A stretch of DNA of 62,956 nucleotides, the filler included, from Octopus bimaculoides (taxonomy: Eukaryota), in NCBI RefSeq assembly GCF_001194135.2. It is 5 parts of 5 records of this genome, joined end to end, with 100 filler letters (N's around TTAATTAATTAA, not from the genome) between each part and the next. Parts side by side here need not be neighbours in the genome. Positions count along the whole stretch, not along the records: positions 8,413 to 34,976 come from NC_068983.1; positions 35,077 to 57,943 come from NC_068982.1; 3 more parts are not named here. One strand, given 5' to 3'. This document shows positions 23,784 through 37,171 of the stretch, in pieces. The notes beneath the pieces are model-generated. The model worked only from the letters and a program-made list of their open reading frames with translations, was not told the origin of the DNA and did no database searches. The translations under genes and the position numbers were made by a program. Numbering within the stretch: the stretch's first letter is position 1; the number at the start of each line of letters is the position of its first letter.

Positions 23784-24744
23784 GTATATATTCTGTTATT
23801 CTTTTACTTGTTTCAGTCATTTAATTGCAGTCATGCTGGAGTACTGCCTCAATGGGTTTTACTTGAAGAAATCGACCCCAGGACTTATTCTCTGTAAGCC
23901 TAGTACTTATTCTATCAGTCTCTTTTACCAAACTGCTAAGTTTTGGGATCATAAACACACCAGTGGTGTTGTTGGTGTTGGTGGTGGTGGTGGTGGTGAT
24001 GATGATGATGACGATGATGATGATGATGATGATGACGATGGTGAAGGTGATAATGATGATATGAGGAGAAGGAGGAGAAGGAGAACACTACTGCTTTTTG
24101 TTTTCTTTTGCTACCCAACAACCTTAATAATAACATCAACAACAAAAACAATAACATTATTGATTTCTTATATAGGCATATATAAATAAATATTGATCTC
24201 TGTCAGTTTCGACCATGAATATTCCAATTTTCCAATTGTCTGATTGACAGATTGGCCTGCTCATTGAAATTAGCATGTAAGTGGCTGAGTATTCCATAGG
24301 CACATGTACTGTTAATGAAATTCTCAAGGAGAATCAACATCACAAAAAGTGTATGACAAGGCTGAGCCTTTGAATTATTAGTACCCTCTGTGGGATTCCA
24401 GACAGTTTCCATCTACCCAGATTCACTTACAAAGCTTGGGTTGACCCAAGGCTCAGGTATAATACATTGTATGTATTTTGTGGTTAAGACACTTTCTTTG
24501 CAACCATGTGCATTCAGGTTCAGTGCCACTGTGTAGCACATTGGGCAAATGTCTTGTTATAGCTCTGGGCCAACTAATGCATTGTGACTGAACTTGGTAG
24601 ATGGAAACTGTGTGGAAGCCTGTCATGTATGTACTGGTATGTCACACATACTAAGAAGAGTATTGGCAATGTGAGAATGATTACTTCTCACGTATTTTAA
24701 TGTTTCTATTTTTTCACATAATTTCATTTCATTTTGAATGAACA

Positions 24745-25130
24745 TAGGCGCAGGAGTGGCTGTGTGGTAAGTAGCTCGTTTACCAACCACATGGTTCAGG
24801 GTTCAGTCCCACTGCATGGCACCTTGGGCAAGTGTCTTCTACTATAGCCTCGGGCCGACCAAAGCCTTGTGAGTGGATTTGGTAGACGGAAACTGAAAGA
24901 AGCATGTCGTATATATGTATGTCTGTGTGTGTGTGTTTGTCCCCACAACATCGTTTGACAAGCAATGCTGGTGTGTTTACGTCCCTGTAACTTAGCAAAA
25001 GAGACCGATAGAATAGGTACTAGGCTTACAAAGAATAAGTCCTAGGGTCGATTTGCTCGACTAAAGGCAGTGCTCCAGCATGGCCGCAGTCAAATGACTG
25101 AAACAAGTAAAAGAGTAAAAGTGTAAAAGA
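24745..25130 (+). mobile_element. tRNA-derived SINE family 1, well-preserved copy (25 or more copies/fragments, e.g. 2330-2690+, 5915-6372+, 13062-13625+, 14250-14632-, 29605-29998-, 32375-32740-, 57775-57935+)
   Basis: Pol III A-box-like TGGCTGTGTGGTAAG (24757-24771), B-box-like GGGTTCAGTCCC (24799-24810), CCTTGGGCAAG core motif, internal (TA/TG)n spacer, (AAAAGAGT)-type tail. Confidence 0.9.
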
Positions 25131-25685
25131 ATCTGGTGTACAGGATTCAGGAAGACATTCAACAAGAAGTGGAAACAAAATTGAAAGGGGGAAAAAAAAA
25201 AAATAATAATCCTTTCTACTATCGGCATAATGCCTGAAATTTGGGGGAGGGGGATGGTCGATTACATCAACTAGCACTTAATTTTTTGACCCCAAAAGGA
25301 TGAAAGGCAAAGTTGAACTTGGAGGAATCTGAATGCAGAATGCAAACACAGACAAAATGCCACTAAGCATTTCACCTGGTAAGCTAATGATCCTGCCAGT
25401 TCACCCCCTTAATAATAATAATAATAATAATAATCCTTTCTTCCATAGACACAAGGCCTGGAATTTGTAGGTAGTGGGACAGCTGATCACATTGACTCCA
25501 GTACTTGACTGGTACTTAATCTATCTATCCTGAAATGATGAAAAGCAAAGTCAACCTCGGCAGAATTTGAACTCAGAATGTAGTGACGGGTGAAATACTG
25601 CTAAGCATTTTGCCCAGTGTGCTAACGATTCTGCCAGCTTGCTGCCTTAATAATGATGATGATGATGATCATCATCATCATCATC

Positions 25686-26490
25686 ATATCGTAAAGCATA
25701 CGATATGATCCCACATTCTTGGATTATGGCGTGTATGAACCTATTTGGTATTGAATTGAATGTCGAGCAATTGCTTGGAAAAAGTATGGCGATTTGGAGG
25801 ATGGACCTGACAGCATATGGAAGAAGTTTAAGGACAGTAGAAATTAGGAGGGGCATCTTCCAAGGGGACTGCCTGTTCCCACTGATCTTTGTACTGTGCT
25901 TGATGCCACTAACACTGATTTTGAGGAAAACAAAAGCTGGGTACGTTTTCAAAAGCTGCCAGCAAAAAGTCAACCACTTGTTATTCATGGATGATCTCAA
26001 ACTTAACGGTAAAGATGAAGCCCAAGTCAGTTCCCTCGTTGATATAGTGTATACCTTCAGTGCTGATATCAGAATGGAGTTCGAACTGAGAAAGTGTGGT
26101 GTGTTAGTCTTGAAGAGAGGCAAAATCAAATGTATGGATGGGCTAACAATACTGTTGGGGGAGGTTATGAAGCAGATAGAAGAGATGGGCTATAAGTACT
26201 TGGGGATTTTGGAAATGGATAGATTGATAGAGAAAGAAATGACAGAAAAATTTAAGGTGGAGTACTTGTGCAGATTGAGACTGATCCTTAAGTCGAAATT
26301 AAACAGACAGAATAAGATTGAAGCTATCAACACCTGGGCAGTTTCACTTCTTAGATATGGAGCAGGAGTAATTGCATGGACAGTAGATGAACTAAACAGC
26401 TCAGAGAGAAAGACAAGGAAGTTGTCACAGACAGACTGTATGTACCAAGAAAAAGAGGGGGAAGAGGACTTATTGGATGCAAACACAGCA
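25686..26490 (+). mobile_element. R4/Dong-clade non-LTR retrotransposon RT fragment
   Basis: ORF 25705-26592: YRKAYDMIPHSWI...IRRGIFQGDCLFPLIF...HLLFMDDLKL...YKYLGILE...KIEAINTWAV; truncated, ends in a SINE tail; preceded by (TAA/TGA/TCA)n. Confidence 0.9.
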
Positions 26491-27142
26491 TTAAAGCAGA
26501 AGAAAGTAGTATTCTTTTATTCTTTTGCTTGTTTCAGTCATTTGACTGTGGCTATGTTGAAGCACTGCCTTGATGCTGGAGTACCTCCTTGAAATAGTTG
26601 ACTTAATCAAACCATAACCATTTAGAATTTCAGCAGGACATATCCAGGTGGATCTAGTTAAACTGGTTCACAAAATATGCATTTCTTAAAAGGAAGTAAG
26701 AAATCTGAAAATTGGCTATAATAATGTGGTTTTCCAGTCTTATTGCTATGAAGGTATGATGTTGTGGAGAAAAAAATTGGAGGAAAAAGTTACAGAAGTT
26801 TAAAAATCGAAAAAACTGTATTTTTAGCCAAAAGCGAGACAGAAATTTTCTGTGTTTAGCAGAGTGGTGTCAACTTTAAGGTTGTACCCTGTGAAATTTA
26901 TAGTTTAGTGTCTGTGAAATAACCTGTTCATTGTAGATTTCTAGATAAACAGAAATACCCAATAAAATCAACATGTATCATCTTACTGTTTTTTTTTTTT
27001 GTCACTTCATTGATTGCATGTTTTTATTATTTTTTAAAAATTTGTTATATTAATATATTTGTCAGCATGTGTTTACTTTATGCATATTTCAGTATTATGT
27101 ATACCTGACATGTATTTGTGTACATCATTAATATATAAGTGC

Positions 27143-27183
<41 letters not shown>

Positions 27184-27999
27184 AAAAGGGGGCGTCTGTC
27201 TCCAAAACTTCAAAGCTGAGTAATGTTTTCATGCTTGGATTTGTAAACTACGATAAAAATAACACTGGTCAACAAAGGATTTGTCCCAAAAGTATATGAA
27301 ATGAAAAATATGTAAAAATTCTACAGAAAAATACTAACACACAGAAGCACAGAAAAATATTTAATATACTAACACATAGAAAAATTAAAACAAAACATGC
27401 AGGTGAAAAGAATCTCGTGGTGTGAAGAATCAACACACGGCACAGATGCGGGTGAAGTGAAACACAACACATCATGTGGTTGTCATGGTAATAAGCTGCT
27501 AATGCCATGCTGTCTGTTGATTGGCTAAAATTACCGCAATTTCCCAACTTTAATTCCAAATAACATCAGATTCTTTAATTTACAAAATACAGTAATTGAT
27601 TGATCGTAATCAAAATTCAAAGTTGCACAAATACACCAAAATTGAAAAGCAATCTGAGCAAAATTAAAGGGGGCTCATTTTATGAATGAAACTAAAGAGA
27701 TCCATCCAGGCTAAATATTCTACATGCTTTAAGTTCAAACTGGCCACTTCCAGCCTCTCACGCTTATCCTACAATGTCTCTCTAAAAACAAGCAATCACA
27801 TCATTGATATCTTCAAGCTACAAGATAATGAGTGATTAATTCAAACCCATCTGAACAAATAAGCATTATATTTGACAGAATAATTTGAGTGCTAAAGGTT
27901 TTTAAAATGAAAGGCAAAGTAGATCTCAGTGGATATTGAACTCAGAATGCAAAGAAGTGCAACTAAGTAACATACAGCATGTCATTTATAACTCTACTG

Positions 28000-28391
28000 C
28001 AGTGGTTCTCAATATTTTTTGACTTTGAGGAACACTGGAAATTAAATAAAAAAAAGAAACCCCAGTTATTGCACACCAGAGATTAAATATAAAAAAAACC
28101 ACTGGTATGCTAGAGATTAAATGAAAAACACAAACAAAATTACTGTATTGCTTTATATGGAAAGCAAAACAAAATAATTAAAAAAAATTTTAAATTAGAA
28201 CAAAAAAAAAAAATCGAAGAGAAAGAACTCTATTTTTAAACTTATTTTATTCATCTAACGTGTATAACAAAATTATGAACTGAATAATTCATTTTTTTCA
28301 AAATTCACAAGCATTAGTAATGAATTTTGTAAAACCTTAAATTATATTTTTGAAAATCCATGCACTACACTGCATTGTTTAAGAACCAATG
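28000..28391. mobile_element. hAT-type MITE
   Basis: Termini cagtggttctcaa ... ttaagaaccaatg; 8-bp TSD ctctactg / ctctacaa (6/8). Confidence 0.7.
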
Positions 28392-28449
28392 CTCTACAAA
28401 TTCAGTCAACCCTCTTTTTTACTACTGCTACTGCTGCTACTACTACTAC

Positions 28450-28762
28450 TACTTGTTGTTGGCACTCCGTCGCTTATGACGTCGAGGGTTCCAGTTGATC
28501 CGATCAACGGAACAGCCTGCTCGTGAAATTAACGTGCAAGTGGCTGAGCACTCCACTGACACGTATACCCTTAACGTAGTTCTCGGGGATATTCAGCGTG
28601 ACACAGTGTGACAAGGCTGACCCTTTGAATTACAGGCACAACAGAAATAGGAAGTAAGAGTGAGAGAAAGTTGTGGTGGAAGAGTACAGCAGGGTTCGCC
28701 ACCATCTCCTGCCAGAGCCCCGTGGAGATTTTAGGTGTTTTCGCTCAACAAACACTCACAAC
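28450..28762 (+). mobile_element. Interspersed SINE-like repeat inserted in a (TAC)n array; degenerate homologue at ~24240-24390
   Basis: CpG-retaining insert flanked by (TAC)n on both sides; shares acagcctgctcgtgaaattaacgtgcaagtggctgagcactcc...tgacaaggctgaccctttgaatta with 24240-24390. Confidence 0.65.
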
Positions 28763-30376
28763 GCCTGGTCTGGGAACTACTACTACTACTACAATACTAC
28801 CAATAATAATAATAATAATATATAATAAATGCTTTGATGCAGTATCAGGCAGTGGCTTTCATGGCTTCTCCTTCTTTACTGACTGGAAATGTTATTATGT
28901 ACATTGTTTTGTCTTGGTATAAAAGATGGGCTACAACAAATATCCTGCTCAATGCCACAGATTTGTTTGTTAGTTGTTTGACTTTAACCAGTTGGGCATG
29001 TCCCTTGTTGGCTGACAATATGTGCATCTCTGATCACGAGCAGAAATAGTTGAGGACCTCAAAAGGATGAAAGACAAAGTCAATTCTGGTGGCATTTAAA
29101 CTCAGATCATGAAGATGGATGAAATACTGCTAAGCATTTTGCCCAGCATGCTAATGATTCTGCCAGCTTGCTCCCCTTAATAATAATAATAATAATAATC
29201 CTTTCTACTAAAGGTACACAGCCTGGAATTTTGAGGGAGGGTACTAATTGATTACATTGACCCCCAGTGAAACACTGGTGCTTAATTTATCGACCCCAAA
29301 AGGATGAAAGGCAAGGTCAACCTTGGTGGAATTTGAACTCAGAACATAGTGACTGGCAAAAATTCAGCAAAAATTGTTGAATAGATCTTTACATGTTCAC
29401 TTAACCAACTAGATATAGCAACTAAATTTTTCTTCAATCCCATCCTACAGAGTCTATCCTTTTTGAGACACATGGTGTTTTGGCATGTGTAACCAAAGAG
29501 ACCAAAGTTTTTTTCTGAGATTGAAATTGATGGATGCATGTAGAAAACAAAGAATAAAGTGCCTAAAATTACTTTATTAGTACGTAATGTAAAACTACAT
29601 ATACTCTTTTACTCTTTTACTTGTTTAAGTCATTTTGACTGTGACCATGCTGGAGCATCGCCTTTAGTCGAGCAAATCGACCCCAGGACTTATTCTTTGT
29701 AAGTCTAGTACTTATTCTTATAAATCTCTTACCGAACCGCTAAGTTACGGGGTTGTAAACACACCAGCATCAGTTGTCAAGCAATGTTGGTGGGGACAAA
29801 CACAGACACAAACATATACACACACACATATATACATATATACAACGAGCTTCTTTCAGTTTCCGTTTACCAAATCTACTCACAAGGCTTTGGTCGGCCC
29901 AAGGCTATAGAAGACACTTGCCCAAGGTGCCATGCAGCGGGACTGAACCCAGAACCATGTGGTTCATAAGCAAACTACTTACCACACAGCCACTCCTACT
30001 GAAAAATTATCCCTGATGGGCTATTACTCTTTAAAATGTTTGTTTCATCGGGCCGATGGATCAGCCTCAAAGTCCTTTCAGCTTGCATCACTTGGGCCAA
30101 TCAATTGGCCTGGGTGTCTCAAGAGGGTTAAAAAACAAGAAGGCAATATTGATGATGCACTTGAGGATACATTATGTTTGAGACAAAAATGTGATGCGAA
30201 TAACTAGAACACATATGATCTTAGACAGGTCAGCTTGATCAAGATTAAACTAAGGCTAAACAATAGCAAAACTAACAATGGATGAAATTAATGAAGGAGC
30301 CACTACATGGTGACTGAAACTGATAGAGATAGCAATGAAATCTCCTTCCAACTTGCATTTTTCAAACAGCACTTAA

Positions 30377-30589
30377 CCCTTTTGTTACCATATTTCTGTT
30401 GAAAATCACTAACTTTGATTGAATTACGTTTTAAAATTATAAAGAATTTAATATGAATATAATAAAATAACTTTGTTTAAAACAAATTAACATGGAATTT
30501 TGATGGAAGATTTAATTTAGATCACTTTAAAACAGGAAGTTTGTTTCATAGAATCAAGTTTGGCTTCAGGTGGATTAGTATCAAAAGGG
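30377..30589. mobile_element. piggyBac-like TTAA MITE, family B (second copy 32227-32841 interrupted by a SINE)
   Basis: TTAA flanks at 30373-30376 and 30590-30593; TIRs CCCTTTTGTTAC / CCCTTTTGATAC (11/12). Confidence 0.75.
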
Positions 30590-31003
30590 TTAATGGAAAA
30601 TATTGTCTGGGATGCATGCCCTTCAGTCATTTGTTTGTTTGTTTATTTAACATCTGTTTTTTTATACTCTAACATTGGCTTGGACAAAGATTTACATGAG
30701 ACAGGATTTTATTGATAGATGTTTTTCCTGTCACTAAACTTACCTATTTTCCAAGGGATTTCTTTATTCAACAGGTCTTCAAAACAATGGAGCAAACTAG
30801 TCAAAACATCAACAAAAAATGCCAACATCTATTTTTGAAAAAAAAAAAATACTACAGGTTGGCTATAACTGGAGCATCTCTGATCATAAGTCTGCTTGAT
30901 CGAGACTGACTGGGGGCTAAACAACATTAAAGGGAAAGATGCTTCTGTTAGAAAGTTGAAAATCGACATATAAAGATAAGCGGACTGCTTCAGATAATCG
31001 TAC

Positions 31004-31038
31004 ATTATCCAAGACAGAAAATTTTAGCATTTCATTAA
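31004..31038 (-). CDS. Candidate upstream exon of gene X, 35 nt
   Basis: Follows an 89-nt intron with a long poly-T tract; phase-1 frame (V)NEMLKFSVLDN; donor AAT|gtacga is weak. Confidence 0.25.
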
Positions 31039-31127
31039 CTTTAACATTAATGAGATAAAAAAAAAAAAAAAGGAAGCAGATCAAGAAAGTAATTTTTTTT
31101 CTCTTTGATTTTAATTATTTTCACAAC

Positions 31128-31187
31128 CTTCAAAGAAAATTATTGTTGTTAAGTATCTGTTAAATGTCTTAAGATATTTTAAAATGT
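31128..31187 (-). CDS. Candidate upstream exon of gene X, 60 nt
   Basis: Acceptor ttttcaaaattttttcatgcag; only the phase-1 frame is open: (D)ILKYLKTFNRYLTTIIFFE; donor AAG|gttgtg is weak. Confidence 0.4.
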
Positions 31188-32915
31188 CTGCATGAAAAAA
31201 TTTTGAAAAGAATTTTTCTTTTAAATATAATAATTTATTACATTAGTACAAGGCAGTAACTGTAGGTTGTTGTTCAACTTCAGGCTATCCCTGATTGAGT
31301 ACTCTATGATAAAAGGTATTCTAGACATGAGACCATCTTGTCACACTGCCTCATAGTTATTATCATTATTGCCAAAGAAATTAGGAGAATCATTAGCATG
31401 TTAGACAAAAATGCAGAGTGGCATTTCTTCTGGCTTTATGTTCTGAATTCAAATCCCACCAAGGTCAAATTTGCCTTTTTATCCTTCTGGAGTCAATAAA
31501 ATAAGTTCCATTTGAGCACTGGGGTCAATGTGATTGACTTACATCTTTCTCAAAATTCATGGTCTTGTGCTAAAATTAGAAAAAAATCAATATCATTGCT
31601 GTTGTTGTTTTTATTGTTGGTGGTACTGTTGTTGTCTTTATTGTTGGTGGTACTGTTGTTGTGAGGGTCAGCAACAGCAAAGGCGTCCAGCTGTAGGAAA
31701 TCTGCCCCCAATGAATTCAATCTGACCCATGCAAGCATGGAAAAGTGAACACAACAGCAATGACAATGATAATGACAACAAGGATGATATATAAATACAC
31801 ACATACACACACACTGCACACATACACACACACTGCACACATACATACACACATCATACACAAAAGGCGTCTTTCAGTTCCTTTCTACTGAATCTTCTCA
31901 CAGAATTTTGGTCAGCTTAGAGCAATAATGGGAAACACTTATCCAAAGTACCATGCAGTGGGACTGAGCCTGAAACCTAAGTGTTAGAAAACAATATCAA
32001 CCACTTAGCCATACCTACATCTACAGATCATTTCATTATAAATGATTACCATGGAAATACATAACTTTTTATCACAAGAATGTCAACACAAAGCAGCAAA
32101 TCTTGATTAAGTTACAGTTGCTTGAATCAACCTTAGAATATTCAGGAAGAAGAAAGCCCAAGTTGATCTCAACAGGATTTGAACTCAGAACCTAGAAGAG
32201 TAAAACTAACAGCTGCAATGCATTAACCCTTTTGACACCTACTAATCTAAGAGCACCTCTGGTTCTATGATAAAAAAACTTCTTGTTTTAAAGCAATCTA
32301 AATAGAGCGCTTTCAAACCTTCCATTAAAACTTCATGTTAATTTATGTTCCAAACACCAGTTGTATAATCTTATATCTTTTTATCTTGTAATTGTTTCAG
32401 TCATTGGACTGTGGCCATACTGTGACACTGCAAACAAATCAGACCCTGACATTTATTTTTTAAGCCTGGTGCTCAGTCTATAGGTTTCTTTTGCCAATCT
32501 GTTAAGTTATGGGGATGTAAACAAACCAACACTAGTTGTCAAGCAATGGACAAATGCATGGACAAATGCACACACACACACAATGGGTTTCTTTCAGCTT
32601 CCACCTACCATATTCACTCACAAGGCTTTCATAGGCCTGTGGCTATAGAAGAAAACCAAGGTGCCATGCAATAGGACTGGGACTGAACCCAAGACCATAA
32701 GGCTGGGAAGCAAGCTTCTTAACCACACAGCTATGCCTGTGTCTATAATGACACAGTTATTTTACTAAATTCTTCATTTTCTAAAAAAATTAATACAAAT
32801 AAAAGCAATGAATTTCATTAGAAATTTGGTAACGAAAACGTTTAAGTATGGCATTTTATTGTTTCTATTACACCATTTTTTTTTTCCTGAGTATTGAATA
32901 GTAATTAACAAATAC

Positions 32916-33003
32916 CTGAAACAAAGCCAAGTTCAAATTCACCGATGGACAAATCTTGCTTCAATTTGGTATTCATATTTTGTAATGGAGATGTATATCT
33001 CCT
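32916..33003 (-). CDS. Candidate upstream exon of gene X (5' boundary uncertain)
   Basis: Donor CAG|gtattt; 29 open codons RRYTSPLQNMNTKLKQDLSIGEFELGFVS ending in phase 1, compatible with 31128-31187; acceptor weak. Confidence 0.3.
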
Positions 33004-33460
33004 CTACTTATTACCAGTGGAACGAGGATAAGTTTCAGTGTATCTCCTTACTAGTACTGAACACTTTTTCAGTTAGCAGGTGGCGAATGACATACACAAG
33101 AGTTTGTCTGTAATGAGAGATGCTGCTCCAAGTTAAAATGAATAGTCTGGAGAAAGAGTGAAAGGGGAGAGCTGCCGAGGATTGAATGCATCTATGAGTA
33201 AGTGAGCATGTGTGTGTGTGTGCGTGTGTGTGCGTGTGTGTGCATGTGTGTGCGTGCGTGTGTGTGTTCAGCTGGCGGAGCCAACAAACTAGTGTTCAAA
33301 ACCAGCAGAAATGTTAATGGTAGAATCATCACAGCAATCAGACAAAAGTGCCTTGTGACGGTCACTAATTTGGTCACTGCCCTTCATGTTCTGAGTTCAA
33401 CTCCTTCTGATACGAACTTTGTGCCTTTCATTTTTCTGGGGTGTTGATCAAATAAATTAC

Positions 33461-33475
33461 CAGGCAAAATAGAAC
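33461..33475 (-). CDS. Candidate 15-nt microexon of gene X
   Basis: Acceptor cattgcatctttcag, donor CTG|gtaatt around GTTCTATTTTGCCTG; open in all three frames. Confidence 0.3.
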
Positions 33476-34091
33476 CTGAAAGATGCAATGTGCTTTGCTA
33501 TCCCTATAAATATTTCTATAAAGAAGACTAAATGGAATTATAATAATAGACTAAAACTAGTTCATATACAGTTTTGGTGTTACAGTTAGGCCCATATATA
33601 CTGAATGTGCCAGATGGCTGTGACACTGACTTATGTTGGTAAATTTTCTTTGTAATAATTCTGTTCTTGCAGTACCATGATATCATCTATAATGATTTAT
33701 TTTCAAATCTGATTACTACACATTTAGAAACAAAAGTTAAGTTAGGATGAAGTTGAGATACTGTCTTGAGATGAATTCTGCAGTTATGTGTTTTGTAATT
33801 TTCTACAGTTTTGCCACATTAAGTAAAATATACAGAATGCTGTTCTGAACTCTGGGTATGCAGGTATTTTGAAAATATCTTATGGGTTGATGCCCATGCC
33901 CTGCATAGTCATAGGTTGCCTTTTGGTAAGATATAGCACCCGTTCAGATATCCTGCCAGAGATACAGGTAAGTCACAAGACTACAGTACTATGGAGAATT
34001 GTGAAGAGGTAGTGGAAGAGCTCAACTGAACCAACAATGCTTCTTACATTGAAACTGAGTGGAGGAATCCTAGGAGATCAATGCACAGGAT

Positions 34092-34251
34092 CAGGGCCAG
34101 CTCAAGGCACCAGCAACTCGAGCAGTCACCTGAGGTGCCATGTGCTAGGAGGTGCAAAGTAGGGTGTGACAAAGACAAGGAAATTTCCACAACTCTCAGT
34201 GCATACACACCAAAGTTTCCCAGAGTGCCAGCAACCCTAGGGCCGGCCCTG
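34092..34251. mobile_element. hAT-type MITE, 160 bp
   Basis: TIRs CAGGGCCAGCTC / GGGCCGGCCCTG; 8-bp TSD cacaggat / ttcaggat (6/8). Confidence 0.7.
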
Positions 34252-34616
34252 TTCAGGATCACCAAGCTCTATTGAGAAAGTAACTGCAATGCATTCATGG
34301 GGGTGGCGTCCATGGTTGGGTAATCAACTAATGAAAGATTCACTATGACTCAAGCTTCCAATTCAAATTCATACTAATGGAATAGGATGGCAACAGGGAG
34401 TCATGGGAATCTGCAAAAGCAGCATGATCGAAGATTCTGAACTAATACTGCTTCTGCCTCTAACAATGAATATTTACTCAGCCTGCCAGCAATTTCTGAC
34501 ATCAGTGATTTGTTAATCGCTGTTTTTCTATATCAGTAGAATCAAAATTTGTCTAATAATGTAGCTGCTAGTGGATATTTATAACTGATAATGCCCAAAA
34601 ATGCATGAATGCAGTG

Positions 34617-34659
<43 letters not shown>

Positions 34660-34976
34660 CGAGTAAAAATAAATACAAAAAAGGTGGTTTTTTTGTATGA
34701 TTGTGTATAGAGGAATATATTATTTTGTTTAAAAGAGTTCCAACACTGTCTGTTTTTTATGTTTTATTTATATTCCTGCAGAACTAATGTGGGGTATAGA
34801 ATATGGAATATACAATATATAATATGATATACAATATACAATATAAAATAAAATAAAATAAAAATGGATGGCACCATGAAAGAAAGTATTGAATGTAGAT
34901 GAAATATTGAGTGTTCAATATAAAGGATCAAATATATAAATATATATATATAAATATATATAAATATATAAAGGCG

Positions 34977-35076
34977 NNNNNNNNNNNNNNNNNNNNNNNN
35001 NNNNNNNNNNNNNNNNNNNNTTAATTAATTAANNNNNNNNNNNNNNNNNNNNNNNNNNNNNNNNNNNNNNNNNNNN
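34977..35076. other. Artificial scaffold-join pad
   Basis: 44 N + TTAATTAATTAA (35021-35032) + 44 N. Confidence 0.93.
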
Positions 35077-35440
35077 ATATATATATATATATATAATATA
35101 CATATGTGTATATATAGGTAAAGAGTTAAATTAATATACACATCGACACACATAACATAAAATATTTAAAACATCATCACTCATTAAACGAATCTACATA
35201 CTGTAGCACTCATCTTTTTGAACTTCTCTTTCTCACACAATATCCATCTCTCTCCTTCCCTTTAATTCTCTCTCTTTATGTCTATCTATGTGTATTTCCT
35301 TAAGGATATTATTTTTATGCAAATTTAAGAATGACGACAAGTCACAGTAAAGTAAAATTTATTGTTAATAGAAATTGACTGGGGATTGTAGTGCCAACTG
35401 AAGTTAAATATACATGTAACTATATATCTATATCTATCTA

Positions 35441-35504
<64 letters not shown>

Positions 35505-35771
35505 CGTGTGTGTGTGTGTATTTATATGTATATATACATACATGTATCTTTGAGTGTATGAGCTTTTGTGTGCATGCATGTGTGTGTGTGTGCATGTGTG
35601 TGTGTGTGCGTGTGTGTGAGAAAATGCTTATAAGCTGTGTAAAATTTATTATTGAAAGCTATTCTTAACGGAACCTACCAACAGCCTATATTGTTGATAT
35701 CTTAATTTCCATACACGCTCATGCACAAATATACATTTGCTTAAATAATTTAATATACACATAAATACCCT

Positions 35772-35807
<36 letters not shown>

Positions 35808-36356
35808 TTGCATTAGACATGTATACATTCTCGAAAGAAACAGAACATTCGTAGATTTATTGATGATCATAAATATATACACATAAAAACGCAAACACAC
35901 TCATAAATGTATCTCCGTATGTGTGAGTGTGTGAGTGTGTGTTTCATGTTATGTTTAAGTGTATATATGAAGTTCTTTTTCGTGAATGGTGAATGTATGC
36001 ATGTGCACCACGAGTGAATATATCAATAGCCTTTATGTGTGTCTCTTACTTCTTAACAAAGTATATTCATTTCTTTTAACTGTAGCAAATATGATACCAT
36101 ACGGGTATGTGTCTGCGTGAGTATATATATGTGTGTGCGTCTGTAAATAAAACTATTTTGTATTTATGTATTCGTATTCAAACGAAAACTGACATAAAAC
36201 ATAGACATGTTTGTTCGTCTATATTTAACCATACAAGAGCATACTTCATTTTATCCATCTTAATTCTATATTGCCTGTTCTAATTTTCATCAAAACACAA
36301 TGTAGTAACCCAGTCTGTAAATACCTTCACATATTTCCACATATACAGGCACTCAC

Positions 36357-36390
<34 letters not shown>

Positions 36391-36623
36391 NNNNNNNNNN
36401 NNNNNNNNNNNNNNNNNNNNNNNNNNNNNNNNNNNNNNNNNNNNNNNNNNNNNNNNNNNNNNNNNNNNNNNNNNNNNNNNNNNNNNNNNNNNNNNNNNNN
36501 NNNNNNNNNNNNNNNNNNNNNNNNNNNNNNNNNNNNNNNNNNNNNNNNNNNNNNNNNNNNNNNNNNNNNNNNNNNNNNNNNNNNNNNNNNNNNNNNNNNN
36601 NNNNNNNNNNNNNNNNNNNNNNN

Positions 36624-36654
<31 letters not shown>

Positions 36655-36707
36655 ATATGTATATGTATGCACTTGTGACAGAATGTCCCTGTGTTTTTGC
36701 GTGTGTT

Positions 36708-36742
<35 letters not shown>

Positions 36743-37100
36743 ACATACACACACGTATATTCATATTTCGATACATAAACACATATACAAGAACGAGAAT
36801 GGGGTGAATGTATAAGTATGCACGTGTCTTTGTGCTTGTGAGTTTGTGTGTACTTATTCTACGTTTCATAGTCTATGAACTTGTTTTATTTGTATTTTCT
36901 AGCATTGCGGCTTTTGTCTGTGGATATTGATTTGTCGCGACGCCTAAAGAATTTTTATTCAAATCCACTCCTTTGTAAATTGTTTTTGTTCTGCTTACTG
37001 CTTTCTAGCTTCACGATACAACAAAATGGTCAATAATGCCCTTTAATTAGGCAATTTAACCACCTTACTTTGTCGAATAACAGTTTTCTTGCATCCTTAC

Positions 37101-37171
37101 CTTCAAGAAGCAGTATTTTATTTATTTTATAAAAGTGTCTTTATTAAGTCTTTCAAGCGGCGCTATTTTGT
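37101..37171 (-). other. Candidate non-coding 5' exon (possibly of gene X)
   Basis: Strong donor AAG|gtaagg, possible acceptor tttctgtggcag; stops in all frames; CpG-containing (AGCGCCGC), just beyond the upstream edge of the CpG-depleted domain. Confidence 0.25.

Noticed and set aside
24745-24830. tRNA-like A/B-box heads (also at ~4380, ~23000 and many others)
   Set aside because: They continue into SINE bodies and lack a complete cloverleaf and 3' end; these are SINE heads, not tRNA genes.
27269-27559. Hydrophobic, Cys/Phe-rich minus ORF resembling a membrane protein
   Set aside because: Antisense translation of an A/C-rich stretch that probably belongs to a repeat; no splice or family support.
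34270-34590. Partly open frames in unique sequence near the end of the CpG-depleted block
   Set aside because: Every frame is interrupted within ~55 codons, with no recognisable motif or splice-site pair.
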